Shown: positions 63,856-64,000 of the stretch, one piece after another
How the letters are laid out: each line of letters opens with the position of its first letter
Numbering within the stretch: the stretch's first letter is position 1
Origin: Salpingoeca rosetta
Lineage: Eukaryota > Protista > Choanoflagellata
Assembly (NCBI GenBank): GCA_033442325.1
Contig: JAWQFM010000003.1
Location: 1,899,490-1,963,489 of the forward strand
Length of the DNA: 64,000 nt
Direction: 5' to 3'
Position numbers and translations under genes: made by a program
The notes under the pieces: generated by a model
The model's database searches: none
What the model saw: only the letters and a program-made list of their open reading frames with translations
Told to the model about the DNA's origin: nothing

Positions 63856-64000
63856 CTGTGGTGAATCGACGGATAGAAGCAGGGAGGGGCGGCAGTGAGG
63901 GTGTGCACGGTTGAGGTCTCAAGTTGCACGCGATGGCAAGGAGAGGGAGGGACGGTATGTCGTGATTTGATGCATTCAACACACACACACACACACACAC

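Overview
Gene-dense, intron-rich eukaryotic DNA. Nearly every intron carries (CA)n/(GT)n microsatellites. Composition and gene content suggest a choanoflagellate such as Salpingoeca; this is inference, no search was run. The six-frame ORF track is mostly microsatellite noise, so genes were rebuilt by hand from splice sites. Thirteen multi-exon genes plus one partial terminal exon were found: an LRR-ankyrin-Roc-COR-TIR-SAM-CaaX protein, mitoferrin, GOLPH3, a short Ric-8-like gene, SF3B2, arfaptin, an ANK-SH3-PTB scaffold, CenH3/CENP-A, EMC7, CDC5L, a type I membrane protein with an M6PR/ATG27-like tail, NDUFA1, and a class II PI3K. Most notable: (1) a kinase-less ROCO-TIR candidate immune receptor whose LRRs sit in modular 84-nt phase-2 exons, one apparently unspliceable in frame; (2) a class II PI3K with five SH3 domains inserted between its C2 and helical domains; (3) two unrelated, compositionally foreign islands of about 326 nt each, both flanked by GT, one apparently interrupting PI3K exon 1; (4) microsatellites that directly supply splice donors and acceptors. 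There are two 100-N assembly gaps (5536-5635, 62775-62874).
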